From Basidiobolus meristosporus CBS 931.73 (lineage: Eukaryota > Fungi > Basidiobolomycota): a stretch of DNA of 64,000 nt. The stretch is taken from positions 62,001-126,000 of the forward strand of contig MCFE01000050.1 in the NCBI GenBank assembly GCA_002104905.1. The letters run 5' to 3'. A program made the position numbers and the translations under genes. This document shows positions 10,764 to 23,205 of the stretch, piece by piece (positions within the stretch are counted from its first letter, which is position 1; each line of letters begins with the position of its first letter). The notes under the pieces were generated by a model that saw only the letters and a list, made by a program, of their open reading frames with translations, made no database searches and was not told where the DNA came from.

Positions 10764-13700
10764 TGTTGTAAAAAATTTGTGTTTTCACCTAAATATTCAC
10801 CTAACTTAGTCACTTAGATCATTACCTTCATATCCTAGAGAATACTGACCAAATTCCTTGTTGGGATTTACTTAGAATATTTTCACCAAAACACCAGGCA
10901 CCCAGAACATCAAAATTCTCAAAGTTGTCCAAACAGCCCCAAACTTTGCACACATGTTCTTGGACCTTCCTTAACCTATTCTACATGTTTGCTATGCCAA
11001 GACCAGGTAAAAGTATAAATAATACTTTTACATTCAATAAATCATTAAGTGGAAACCACATAATCTACTTGTCCTCCCAATCACTTCCAATATCTCCAAG
11101 ACACTTACAACAGGTTATGAGCCCCAAGCTGTCACTCTCTGCAATGTCTACTACTGCTTTACTGGAATTTTTCCCTCTGCTGAAAAGTTGGATGGATCTA
11201 ACTACCAAGTGTGGAAGGTGAAGATGAAGATGTTGCTACAAAAAAGAGGCCTTTGGGATATTGTCATGGGAGAAGAATGCCCTCCTAAAAACATGGGAGA
11301 GGAAGCCTTAAAGCATCAGAAGAAAGAACAAAGTGCCTTTGACTGCATTTGCCTTAATGTCAAAGACAAATTGCTAATTCAATGCTCAAGAGCAAAAACA
11401 GCAAAAAATGCCTGGAAGGCATTAGAAGACACCTACCAGTCATGTTCAGCTGCTAAGAAAATGTATCTGAGACAAAAATTCTTTACTACAAAGATGCTGC
11501 CAGGAGAAGAAATGAAAAATCTAATTAACAGAATTACCCTGCTGGTAGATGAGATGGAATCTGTGGGCGTACCAACTACTGATGAGGATGTGATAGTTAC
11601 CATCCTGAATAGCCTGACAGACAAGTTTCAGGGCCTTGTATCAGCCCTAGAGTCCAGAACTGAAGATCTGACCTTAAATTATGTATATGGAAGGCTCCTG
11701 GATGAAGAATTAAGAAAATCAAGCGCCAATAAGAAGGAAGAAGAAAATGCTTTAATAAGCAATGATAACCAGTAAAGGAGGTACCCCAAGACCCTACAAA
11801 GGCAACAGCAACCTGTTTTGTAACTACTGCAAAAGGAAAGGACACACATCAGACTGGTGTCTCAAAAAGAGATATTATCAGCAAAAGAAGCCTGAATATA
11901 GAAATGCTGCAACAACTGAAGATAGACTATTCATATCTGCACTAAATATGACCAAAAACAAGGATTCTCAGACGCGGTATATTGACTCTGGAGCTTCTCA
12001 ACACTTTACACACCAAAAAGAACTTTTTACCCCATATCAAGAAATTCCAATTAAGAAGGTTTTCATGGGTGACAATAGAACACTTGATGCAGTGGGAGAA
12101 GGAACTATCCAAGTAAACCTTAGCAGTAGAGAAGGAAGCTGTACACTGACCTCTAAAGAAGTACTCTGTGTACCAGAAATAGCCAAGAACCTACTCTCTG
12201 TAAGCAAGGCCACAACACAAGGACTCAGTTTCAGTTTTGACAATTCTGGATGCAGGATCACTGATCAAAATGGTGCCCATATTGCTTTGGGCATCAGAGA
12301 TCAGAATCTATACAAGTTGACTTATATTCCATTATATTTGGAAGCCAATATAAGAAACTTAAATGAAGAAACACCAATGCTATGGCACAGGAGATTTGGA
12401 CACATCAATTTTGATTATTTGTGCAAAATGATCAAAGATCAGCAAATATCTGGAGTGAAATTGATCCCCCAGCTAATTTGGAGCACTGTGAAGCCTGCAT
12501 ATATGGGAAACAAGCCAGACAGCGATTCAAGAGCTCTGGGTTAATTGAAACTAAGAAAAGATTAGATCTAATTCATTCAGATCTGTGTGGACCTATGCAA
12601 AATTTATCCTTAGGCAGGATGAAGTATTTAATCACTTTTATTGATGATTATACAAGATAAACATGGGTCCACTTCATGGAGAGAATGGAAGAAGCTCTGT
12701 CTAAGCTCAGGGAGTTTAAAGCTATGGTGGAGAGAGAAACTGGTGAAAAAATCAAGAAAATGCGCTCTGACAATGGTGGAGAATATACCTCAAAACTCTT
12801 CATCCACTTCTGCAAAATTCATGGGATAAAGCAAGAGACCACTGTACCATACTCCCCACAGCAAAATGGAGTAGCAGAACGTGCTAACAGATCAATAATT
12901 GATATGGTAAGATCTATGATCCATGATCAAAAATCATCCTATGATTTTGGGGTGGAATCAGTTGCCACTGCTGTATACCTTGAAAATAGGAGTTATGACA
13001 GGATACTTTATGATTCTACTCCATTTGAAGCATGGTACGGATACAGACTAAGTACAGAACATCTAAGAATATCTGGGTGTACAGCATATGCCAAAAAGCT
13101 GGCCGGAAATCAGCCAAAATTTGAGCCAAAAAGTGTAAAATACATATTTTTGGGCTACTGCAATGAGAGTAAGACATACAGACTCTACAATACCAAAGCA
13201 AAGAAGCTGGTCAAGTCCAGGGATGTGTTATTTGAGGAAAATTCAAAATTTTCACAAACAATGACATCAGATGATGACAAAAATTTGATCTTAAGTCCAC
13301 CAATTGTGAGGATTGAATCAGAGCAAAACAATGAAAATTTTTTCACTCCAGAGGACTCTACAACTGTGGCTCAGCCAGAATCAGTGCCCAGGAATATCCC
13401 AGAAGTGATAATTCCAGTATCAAATGCCCGGAGATCCAATTGGACAAGATATAGCCCAAATTACTATATCAATGAGGGTACAAACTTAGCCTATGCCTAT
13501 TCAGTCCATATTGATGAGCCCCAGACTGTAAAAAAGGCCCTAAATAGCCCTCAGACAAAGTTTTGGAGATCTGCAATGACTGATGAATATCAGGCCCTGA
13601 TGGAAAATCAAACTTGGGACTTGGTCAAATTACCAATCAACCAAAAAGCAATTGGATGCAGATGGGTCTTCAAGACAAAATACAAGGTGATGGTACAACT

Positions 13701-15445
13701 GAAAGATACAAAGCAAGACTTGTAGCCAAAGGATACTCTCAAACAAAAGGACTTGACTATACCAAGACCTTTGCACTGGTAGCCAAGTTTAATTCCATCA
13801 GATTAATATTGGCTATTGCAGCCAAATATAAGTTTTTTATTCATCAAATGGATGTAAAAATTGCATTTTTGAATGGAGAACTTGATGAGGACGTGTATAT
13901 GAACCAGCCTGATGGGTTTGCTGACCAAGATAACCCCCATTTGGTCTGCAAGCTTAAAAAGTCACTATATGGTCTCAAACAATCTCCAAGAGCCTGGAAT
14001 TGCAAGATAGATTCTTATTTGGAATCTTTGAGTTTCAAAAGGAGTAATGCTGACTATAGTATATACTATAAGCCAGATAGAGCAAATCCAGTTCTATTAG
14101 CTCTCTATGTGGATGATCTTATTATAGCCACCAATAACCTAGAAACATTGGAAGAGACTAAATCCAGCCTATACAAGAAGTTCAAGATGTCCGATCTAGG
14201 AGAACTTAGTTACTACTTAGGGATTAAGTTCTCCATAGACAGAAGTGCTCAGACTATTACCCTAAGCCAATCCCAGTATATTCAAGATATACTAAAGAAG
14301 TACAAAATGGAAGACTGTAAACCGGCAGCTACCCCAATGGAGACAAACCTTAACTTGGTCAAAACTCAACCAAATCAAGAGAACTTGGTGCCATCTGAAA
14401 GCCCTGACCTTCCTTATCAATCTATGGTTGGCTGTCTGATGTATATCATGCTTGGGACACGTCCAGATACCTCATATTCAGTGGGAGTTGTCAGCCAACA
14501 TAATCAGAACTATGGATCTGATCATATTGCAGCAGCTAAGCGGATTTTTAGATACCTAAAAGGAACTACTGATATCTGCTTAAGATACACTTATAAGGAC
14601 TCAGAACAGGATCTTGTGGGATACTCTGATGCAGATTGGGGACGAAATTTAGAAGACAGAAGATCCATCACAGGATACACCTTTCTTCACTGTAAAGGAG
14701 CAATTTCATGGAATTCAAGAAAGCAACCAACTGTAGCACTTCTACCACAGGGGCAGAGTATATGGCAGCCTGTGAAGCTACAAAAGAAGCAATGTGGTTA
14801 AGAAAACTTTTACAGATTTAGGCCTATGTCAAAAAATGCCTATTACTTTATTTAAGATAATCAAGGATGTATACATTTAGGTAGAAATCCAACTTTTCAT
14901 GCTAGAATCAAGCACATAGATATTAGACATCATTTCATACGTGAAGCTATAGAGAATAACATAGTTAGCTTAGTTTACTGTCCTACAGATGAAATGATTG
15001 CAGACATATTTACCAAACCATTAGCTAAAGACAAGTTTGAATATCTTAGGTCAAAATTAGGACTAGTCAGTATGAACATTAAGCTGAGTGGGAGTGTTGT
15101 AAAAAAATTTGTATTTCCACCTAAATATTCACCTAACTTAGTCACTTAGATCATTACCTTCAAATCCTAGAGAATACTGACCAAATTCCTTGCTGGGATT
15201 TACTTAGAGTATTTTCACCAAAATACCAGGTACCCAGAGCATCAAAATTTTCAAAGTTGTCCAAACAGCCCCAAACTTTGCACACATGTTCTTGGGACCT
15301 TCCTTAACCTATTCTATGTGTTTGCTATGCCAAGACCAGGTAAAAGTATAAATACTACTTTTACATTCAATAAATCATTAAGTGAAAACCACATAATCTA
15401 CTTGTCCTCCCAATCACTTCCAACTTCTCCAAGACTCTTACGACC
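10764..15445 (+). mobile_element. Ty1/Copia retrotransposon Copia-1, full length, inactivated
   Basis: LTRs 10764-11112 and 15095-15445; TSD AGAGA; PBS GGTTATGAGCCC 11113-11124; polypurine tract before the 3' LTR; domain order Gag-PR-IN-RT-RNase H. Confidence 0.96.
11144..15094 (+). pseudogene. gag-pol: Copia-1 gag-pol with stops and frameshifts
   Basis: UBN2-type Gag (WKVKMKMLL..RGLWDIV), CNYCKRKGH knuckle, YIDSGASQH protease, LWHRRFGH GAG-pre-integrase, RSDNGGEY and PQQNGVAER integrase, [10 protein letters not shown] and LYVDDL RT, YSDADWG RNase H. Confidence 0.95.
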
Positions 15446-18272
15446 AGAGATACATCCATCACTTCTCAAGTGTTTTGTATGTGGGGTGCTCACTGGGTGC
15501 AATAACCTTTGGCAAAAGCTTGCAAGGAATACTTGGGTTCTGTCTCTAATCTAATATAATATGGAATAAAGCCACAAGCTTGTCAAGCAAAGACTATTGA
15601 GCTTCAATCCCCAACTTAGTTGGTGTCTTAACAAAAGTATGTGCTGGGTTCAGCATCCTTTGAGATGCCAATGTACTAAAACTTCCAAAGTCAAAACAAC
15701 TGTAAACTCCACCTGCAGGGACTTGATAAGAATGCAGCTGTGGTCAATAGTTACAAAGACAGAAAAGTATCTTTGCCTGTACAAGAACAAACTTGGGAAA
15801 GAATCAAATATAATAAAAGATACCTACTCTGAGTATTCCTCACAAGTAGTGCCTCTAAGGTCAGTTGGCTGTCAGTGCAGTTTCCCGGGAGTGTCCTGTG
15901 GTCTGGGGTTGGAAGTTCAGGTAGCAGCAGGTAGCAGTGATTGCACTAATCAACAAGTTGGTATATTGATAAAAGGGATGATGATTTATTGTTTAGGGAT
16001 GGCCTCCCTTATATACTTTTCTTACTGGCTGAGTGATTACTAATCATGGTGTTCCAGAAGGTTCCGGATATCAGTAAAATCTTAATGACATCAGAATGAC
16101 CTAAGAATGATCTAAGTAGGTGCCGGAAGGTTCTAAGAGGCACAGCACATCCAATCAATCAGGAATCAGTATTCTGAAACCTGTGTGACATAGGAATACC
16201 ATATATGGTATGCAAAGAGTAGAGATGGTGACATGGGTTGACCATGTGTCACAGGTACTGGCATGGGTACATGCCTAATATAGAAGCACTTATAGCTAGT
16301 AATCTTACATAAAGTGAGGGGTAACTTATGCAATAAGGTAAGCAGGTGTGATAGTCAACTGGCTTATGGGATAGTACTGATCAGGTAAGACAAATGGGAT
16401 AAAACTAAAATATGTGTAGTAGAGATATAGGGAAGTAGAAAATAAGGGAATGAGCACATCTGTCAGTGGATGTTGCTGTCACCCCACTACAGTGGATGAG
16501 TGGGGAGATAGGAAGACAAATCAAGTTGCAGGTACTACCATATTCCAATCTCCTCAAGAATAGTATCTTCAAGTTTGTCATGGATGTGACAGGTTAGCAT
16601 ACGGAGGACAGCCAGAAAGAGTTGGGAAATGCTGAGGACATATGAGCACATGGAGACACCTATGCCTATGGCATTAAGAAGCTAAGCAGCTCCAATGCAT
16701 GGGTAATCAGTTAAGTAATGCAAAGTTGGGTTGGGTGCAACAAGCAACTGATTTTTATCAGGAAACTCTACCAAGATAGGCCAGATTTCTCATGGTCACA
16801 AGCCAGCTTCTACACCATTCAATACAGAATTCACACAAACAAAAGCCAGAGTGCACCAATAAGGGGGACTAGAATCCAGCAGGGAGAAGGAATATATTGG
16901 CTATATACCAAGAAGCACTTTGTGGATATTCAGGAGGTATTCATGGCAGAAGTGGTAAAAACCAAGCATATGTTTGCAAGATGTATATGTTACCAGCAGT
17001 ACCAGGTATATGGCAGCTTGGCAAGTATCACACTACAAAGCTGTAAAGTTGAGGTGATAGAAGTATGTCAATTGAGGCAGGTGTACACATTTGCAGAGGT
17101 TAGTAAGCAGGAGGCCATAGTTTTATTTGATTCAAACTATATGTGGAATACCCAAGGTGGTAGTGGGTAAGCAAATAAAGAGGGGTGATTCTACAGTGGA
17201 ATATATGAGTTGCACAAGGGGAGGTAGAAAAAGGAAATACCATTAGATAAATTGGTACAGTAGCATTATTCAGAACCAGCTGTAGGCCACCATACTGCCA
17301 ATATAAAGCCATCAGAGTGTTGCTATGAGGCCATCAAAATACTGTCAAGCTTCTTGCCATATAAGCCAATTAGATGTCCTGACTGGTAGGATCCATTCAA
17401 AGTAGTTGTAGAGTGCCATAAGACTGCAATAATACCATGCAATTATTGTCACAGCACCAATCAAATCTTGTCAAGTTTTATCACTGCATATGGTAGCAAA
17501 ATTAGCAAAACACTGTTGTGATCCCATCATAAGATTGTTAAGAGGGTCACTAATTTCAAGCTGCTGGTATTGCAATGGTCTCTGAATAGGATCCTGATGG
17601 CTGATCTGGATTAGATCCACCAGCAGGACCAAATTACTTTTCATAGGGTACTTGGGTAAAGTTATTCCAATATGTATTACCTGCTTGTTGCATGCAACAC
17701 AGCCTTGCATTACTTGACTGAGGACCCACACATTAGAGCTGCATAGCTTCTTAATACCAAAGGTGTAGGTGTCTTTATTCCCATCTATTGTTTGTATTTT
17801 CCAACTCATTGTGACTGCCCTACATGTGCCAGCATATAAAATCCATGACAGACTTGAAGGTTATATTCTTGCTGAGATTGGGATATGGTAGTGCTTGCAA
17901 CTTGACTTGTCTCCCTATCTCCCTATAGACTAACTCCAAAGAAAGCTCCTAAAAGGTGAAGCAAGGCCCAATATACTCCACACACCTAGCACAATAGAGT
18001 AGAGAATGGTAGCAGTAGCAGCAGAGATCTACATTTTCAGTTTTGTGCATATAGTATAGTCAATCACATCCTGTAATAAACTCATTGCATAAAGCTGCAG
18101 ATACACCAACTGGACATTGGTAATCTGCTTCAGAATAAATATTCCTACAATGTCAACATCTGGCTTGCAATGCTTCCAATGTACACTGAGTAGATATGGC
18201 CTTCAATAGCCACTTGAATAAATACATATCCAGTTTATGCAGTCCTTGAATTTGTATTGTTGAATATGTATA

Positions 18273-19303
18273 CCCTATGAAAATTATTGTGACAATCCCA
18301 TCCAAAGGCTTTCACATATTCCAAGTCCCATGACAAAGAGGTATTGATACCATCAGGACACCATGCAAAGACCTTGAAAAAATAATTGCACCCCAGATAT
18401 CATAAAAAACTATGTCAAAAATTTTCATCAAAATGATACAAAAGCAGCTTTTGATTGGTTCTCTGCAAATTTTCTCACTTTCTGATCCTGGACACTCTAT
18501 CACCTCCAACATTTGTTTGCATTGATTGGCTATTGCTTCTTTTTCACACTCCTTACTACCTGACTCAACTCTATCACTTATTTTTCATGCATACAAATTG
18601 ATATATTTCCATTGAAACTTCAGTTGTACCTCAACTGCCAATTGTATTGATCTAAACAAGTCCCTCTACCCTACACTAACATTAAGCCCAACCCCACTCT
18701 TAACAAGCAACTCCATTAGAATCCACTAATTGATTAGTATTTTTGCTGTAACACTCTGCTACCACAAGTTTGGCAGGAACCCTGTGGCTTTATGCCACAG
18801 CTCATTCACTGGTTCCCATATGCACTGGTCTTCAACCAGCACTGCAAGGGCTAGCTCCTCATCTGCCAGTCTTTGCAATACGTCCTTGCAGTATTCAGGT
18901 GTGTTTTCTTAAGCACTGCTCTTGAAGAAGTGCTGCAACCTCTTGGTATGCCTATTAATGTTCCAAATTCCACTCAAGGCATTGTGAAAACCTTTGAGTT
19001 CTGTATGTTGCTACTTTATCTGTTGGTGGGATCTCCATGTGGTCAACAATGGAGGATATGGAGGCTGTGGTAGACAAATTGCCTTTCTTGGCAAACTCAT
19101 CTACCTCACTGGAGTGCAGCTCAACTGGCTACACTTCCAACTCATGCAAAAACAGCTGTTTTCTTCTCAGTGATTTTTCTTGGCTAGGATGGAATTCAGT
19201 CTGTTCTGGGCTTACAGCTTCAATTGGCAAGAACTGCTGCTTTTTTCTCACACCCCCCTATCTCTGGCTTGGGTAAACTTTTTCCCCTCTACCTTTTCCC
19301 CTA
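18273..19303 (+). mobile_element. Truncated CACTA-like copy P2 (accessory-side end)
   Basis: Begins CCCTATGAAAATTATTG at 18273; colinear with 5034-6060. Confidence 0.8.
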
Positions 19304-20420
19304 CCCTATGAAAAATAATACGGTCCTGCAGGTGGATCCATTCCAGATCAGCCATCAGGACCCCATCTGGAGACTGTTGCAATACCAGCAGCTTGGAATT
19401 AGTGACCCTCCTACAATCTTATGATGAGATCACAATAGTGTTTTGCTAATTTTACTGCTAAATAAAGTTATAAATATGTGATGGGACTTGATTGATGCTA
19501 TGGCAATGATTACATGGCATTGTTGAGGTCTTATTGCACTCTATAGTTATTCTACATGGATCCAACCAGCAAGGGCATCAAATTGCCTTTTATGGCAAAA
19601 ATCTTGACTTTTTTGCTTACCCATAACTACCTTGGGTAATTCATATATGGCTCAAATCAAAAAAAAAACTATGGCCTCCTGCTTACTAACCTCTAAAAAT
19701 GCGCACACCTGCTGCAATTGACATTCTTCAATCACCTAAACTTTACGGCTTTTTAGTGTGATACTAGCAAAGCTGCTGTATACCTTGTACTACTGGTAAC
19801 ATACACATCTTGCAAGCATATGGTTGGTTGTTGCCACTTCTGCCATGAATACCTCCTGAATATCCGCAAAGAACTACTTGATATTTAGCCAATATATTCC
19901 TTCTCCCTGCTGGATTCTAGTTCCCCTTGTATGTACATGCTGGCACTTGGTTGTGTGAATTCCATATTAAATGGTGTAGAAATTGGCTTGTGACCAAGAG
20001 AAATCCGGCATACCTTGGTAGAGTTTTTCTAATAAAAATTAGTTTCTTGTTACTCTCAGCTGAACTTTGCATTACCAAACTGATTACCCATGCATTGGGG
20101 CTGCTTAGCTTCTTAATGCCATAGGCAGAGGTGTCTCCATGCACACATCTGTCCTCAGCATATCCCAACTCTTCCTGGCTGTCCTCCATGTGCCAAATCA
20201 TCACATCCATGATGGACTTGAAGGTGATATTTGTGATGAGATTGGGATGTGGTAGCACCTGCAACTTGACTTGTCTTCCTATCTCCCCACACATCCACAC
20301 CATAGGAAACTCCCAAAAGGTGAAGACATATGGCAACTTTGCAAATATCACACTAAAAAGCCATAAAGTTGAGGTGATACCAGTATTTCAATTGCAACAG
20401 GTGTGCATATTTGTAGAGGT
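19304..20420 (-). mobile_element. Truncated CACTA-like copy P3 (transposase-side end, reversed)
   Basis: Begins CCCTATGAAAAATAAT at 19304; ORF 19917-20351 encodes FWEFPM..MCGEIGRQVKLQV, the transposase C-terminus. Confidence 0.8.
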
Positions 20421-20517
20421 TGACTATCACACCTGCTTACCTTATTGCATAAGTTACCCCTCACTTTATGTAAGATTACTAGCTATAAGTATTTCTATAT
20501 TAGGTAGGTACCTGCTC

Positions 20518-21588
20518 TGTGGTGGTGTATAGGTCCAAGGGAGAGATACGCCCAACACTTCTCAAGTGTTTTGTGTGTGGGGTGTTCACTGGGTGCAATA
20601 ACCTCTGGCAAAAGCTTGCTAGAAATACTTGGGTTCTCTCTCTAATCTAATGTGAAGGGGAATAAAGCCTCAAGCTTGTCAAGCAAAGACTATTGAGCTA
20701 CAATCCCCAACTTAGTTGGTGTCTTAACAAAAGTATGTGCTGGGTTCAGCATCCTTTGAGGTGACAGTGTACTAAAGCTTCCAAAGTCAAAACAAGTGTA
20801 AACTCCACCAGCAGGGACTTGATAAGAATGCAGCTGTGGTCAATAGTTACAAAGACAGAAAAGTATCTTTGCCTGTACAAGAACAAACTTGGGAAAGAAT
20901 CAAATATAATAAAAGATACCTACTCTGAGTATTCCTCACAAGTAGTGCCTCCAAGGTCAGTTGGCTGTCAGCATGGTTTCCCAGGAGTGTCCTGTGGTCT
21001 GGGGTTGGAAGTTCAGGTAGCTGCAGGTAGCAGTGATCACACTAATCAACAAGTTGGTATATTGATAAAAGGGATGATGATTTATTGTTGAGGGATAGCC
21101 TCCCTTATATACATTTCTCACTGGCTAAGTGATTACTAATCATGGTGTTCCAGAAGGTTCCGGATATCAATAGAAATCTTAATGACATCAGAATGACCTA
21201 TGAATGTTCTAAGTAGGTGCCAGAAGGTTTTAAGAGGCGCAGCACATCCAACCAATCAGGAATCAGTATTCTGAAACCTGTGTAACATGGGGATACCATA
21301 TGTGGTATGAAAATGGTAGGGATGGTGACACAGGTTGATCATGTGTCACGGGTACTGGCGTGGGTACTTGCCTAATATAGAAGCACTTATAGCTAGTAAT
21401 CTTACATAAAGTGAGGGGTAACTTATGCAATAAGGTAAGCAAGTGTGATAGTCAACCGGCTTATGGGATAGTACTGATTGGGTAAGACAAATGGGATAAA
21501 ACTAAAATAAGTGTAGTAGAGATATAGGAAAGTAGAAAATAAGGGAATGAGCACATCTTTCAGTGGGTGTCACTGTCACCCCACTACA
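20518..21588 (-). repeat. Solo LTR, Gypsy family G, inserted antisense into a family-G LTR
   Basis: TGTGGTGGTG...CCCCACTACA; flanks GCTC / GCGC (4-bp TSD with one mismatch); host LTR sequence continues on both sides. Confidence 0.88.
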
Positions 21589-21868
21589 GCGCTGGTACCT
21601 GTGACACACAATCAACCCATGTCACCATCCCTACCATTCCCATACCATATATGGTATTCCTATGTTACACAGATTTCAGAATACTAGACTCGTTCCGTTG
21701 GATAGTGCCACATAGTGCCAGCCTGTTTATAGTACCGGATTGATCTGGCACTCTACGGCACTATCTGGTACTATAATTTCTACCATGATGCCAGTGGTAT
21801 GATACAGTTACTGGTAATTTTACTCAATCTTACTTATGTTGCTCAGAATAGTGCTTTCCTTGCTTTAT

Positions 21869-22795
21869 TTACTCTTCATAATGCTCCAGACACATTTCTC
21901 TCAGTGGATGTCTTCTTGTATGAACATACTGTGCATTAATAAGTATCTTAACTATTTTACCTATTCTGCTGTTTTCACCTATATATGACTTTCCTCTGTA
22001 TTTACCTGCCAATATGCTGAATCTCTTCAGATATCCAAATGTGTGCTCTACCCTTACTCTGAAATGATTAAATATCTCATTGTAGAGCTTCTGCTTCCTG
22101 CTAAGCGCACCATTCCTTGGCTTCCTATAAGCTGTAATACATCCTAATCTCTGACAATCCTCTCCTATATAGGCTAAGTCTGCCATACATTTCTCCCCTC
22201 TACTGAATTCAGGATGATTCTCTACCCAGAGTGCTTTGTCATGCCAACTTCCAGCAAATGGCCCACTAAACCAGATGATGTTACCCTCAATGTCAGACAG
22301 TGCTTGAAACTTCACACAGTGTGCCTTGTACTTGCCAGAATAAAAGTGCCTCTGCCCTCTAGAAGGTCTGTTAATCCTCACTGGGAAGGTATCCAAAATA
22401 CTCCTGATATGGAACCTGTTGCTGAACACTCTGGGATATGGAAGTCTATTGGAGCTTCTGAACCTAGTATTCCAAGCTTGCTTTAAGTCATTCATACCCT
22501 CTGCAAGGTGGTTCTCCATTGCTGTCAGCTGGGAATGAAAGCTGCTAGGACTTTTGTTGCCATGGATGGTGGGATGAAACCTTGTAGGGCAATAGTTCTT
22601 GTAATAGCAGAGAAGCTTAACAAGGGATCTCCTTGAGTAGATTGGGGTTGATGGTCCACAGTACTTGGTATAGATCTCCTCCAGTGTGTCAAAAGGAAAT
22701 CCAGTGGTAGTGATGGGATTGATGAGAAAAGACCATTCAGATGAGTAAGTCATATTAAAATTGATGGATGATTGTATGGAGGTGGTTTGAATCAA
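21869..22795 (-). CDS. DDE transposase, IS5/ISL2/PIF-Harbinger type (DDE_Tnp_4-like), uninterrupted
   Basis: 308 codons from TTG (first ATG at 22753); motifs ILDTFP, YSGKYKAH, GSWHD, MADLAYIG, KP...YN..FNHFRVRVEHTFG.LKRF.IL; three catalytic acidic residues present. Confidence 0.92.
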   Translation of the reverse strand: MIQTTSIQSSINFNMTYSSEWSFLINPITTTGFPFDTLEEIYTKYCGPSTPIYSRRSLVKLLCYYKNYCPTRFHPTIHGNKSPSSFHSQLTAMENHLAEGMNDLKQAWNTRFRSSNRLPYPRVFSNRFHIRSILDTFPVRINRPSRGQRHFYSGKYKAHCVKFQALSDIEGNIIWFSGPFAGSWHDKALWVENHPEFSRGEKCMADLAYIGEDCQRLGCITAYRKPRNGALSRKQKLYNEIFNHFRVRVEHTFGYLKRFSILAGKYRGKSYIGENSRIGKIVKILINAQYVHTRRHPLREMCLEHYEE

Positions 22796-23205
22796 TTCGG
22801 TGCAATCTGCGTTATTTATCTGATTTTTAACACATTATGGTTAAATCTCCATCAATTGCCATGTATCCCATCATTATGTTGCAAAAATCATCTGCAAACA
22901 ATGCCTTGGTACTTTTATTGATGCTTTAATCATAGGTCTATAATCAAATAGGAATTCTGCGATTGATGTGATCTGATCCGTGTCAATGCAATCCAAGATG
23001 CATCATGCATAATATATGGAAAATTCAACAATCACTTTAGTTTTCATATATATTTCATATAAGACCAGGTTGATGCCAATATACTGCTGTATAAGTATCC
23101 AAATCCGTTGCTATGGTCCCCATACCAAGCCTCAACTCATCTTTAGTACAACCCAGACAAAACCCATCCCCCAGCTCACAAGCGCGGTCCGGACCGGAGA
23201 AGTCT

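Larger units (their letters stand above)
10735..16491 (-). repeat. Solo LTR, Gypsy family G, reversed and split by Copia-1 (10735-10763 plus 15446-16491)
   Basis: Starts TGTGGTGGTG, ends CCCCACTACA; flanks GCGG (10731-10734) / GTGG (16492-16495); interrupts the transposase at ...FPMER|MCGEIG. Confidence 0.9.
7656..17170 (+). pseudogene. Tnp2/Transposase_21-type (CACTA/EnSpm) transposase in three pieces (7656-7847, 8907-10734, 16492-17170)
   Basis: N-terminal CGYC..H zinc-finger-like motif; ACVNNCMAF...CVNC; IFDGRHY; ALDGF...WPLILINLNL; DSYLYPLLDE; GDTPAISKIAGFSGHNGQYCCQMC; C-terminal HSLLHLA...GP...WEFPMER (DUF4218-like), which continues across the nested LTR. Confidence 0.88.
5034..17648 (+). 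mobile_element. Complete CACTA/EnSpm-like DNA transposon P1 (about 5.8 kb after removing nested LTR elements)
   Basis: Terminal inverted repeats CCCTATGAAAAGT (5034) and ACTTTTCATAGGG (ending 17648); 3-bp TSD TAC at 5031-5033 and 17649-17651; divergent accessory and transposase reading frames inside. Confidence 0.88.
4160..18272 (-). mobile_element. Older CACTA/EnSpm-like copy P0 (only 4160-5033 and 17649-18272 belong to it), split by insertion of P1
   Basis: Degenerate terminus CCCTGTGTGAGATAATTTGG at 4160; minus-strand transposase C-terminal fragments (4771-5067, 17471-17809) join across the P1 insertion, which duplicates TAC. Confidence 0.75.

Noticed and set aside
12658-12666. Programmed read-through as the established explanation of the shared Copia TAA
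   Set aside because: Context TAA-ACA-TGG does not match well-known read-through contexts and the site is inside the integrase core rather than at the gag/pol border; kept only as an alternative.
4160-17648. Giant element with ~900-bp terminal inverted repeats (4160-5033 versus ~16700-17648)
   Set aside because: Explained by P1 (TSD TAC) inserted into an oppositely oriented older copy whose sequence resumes at 17649.
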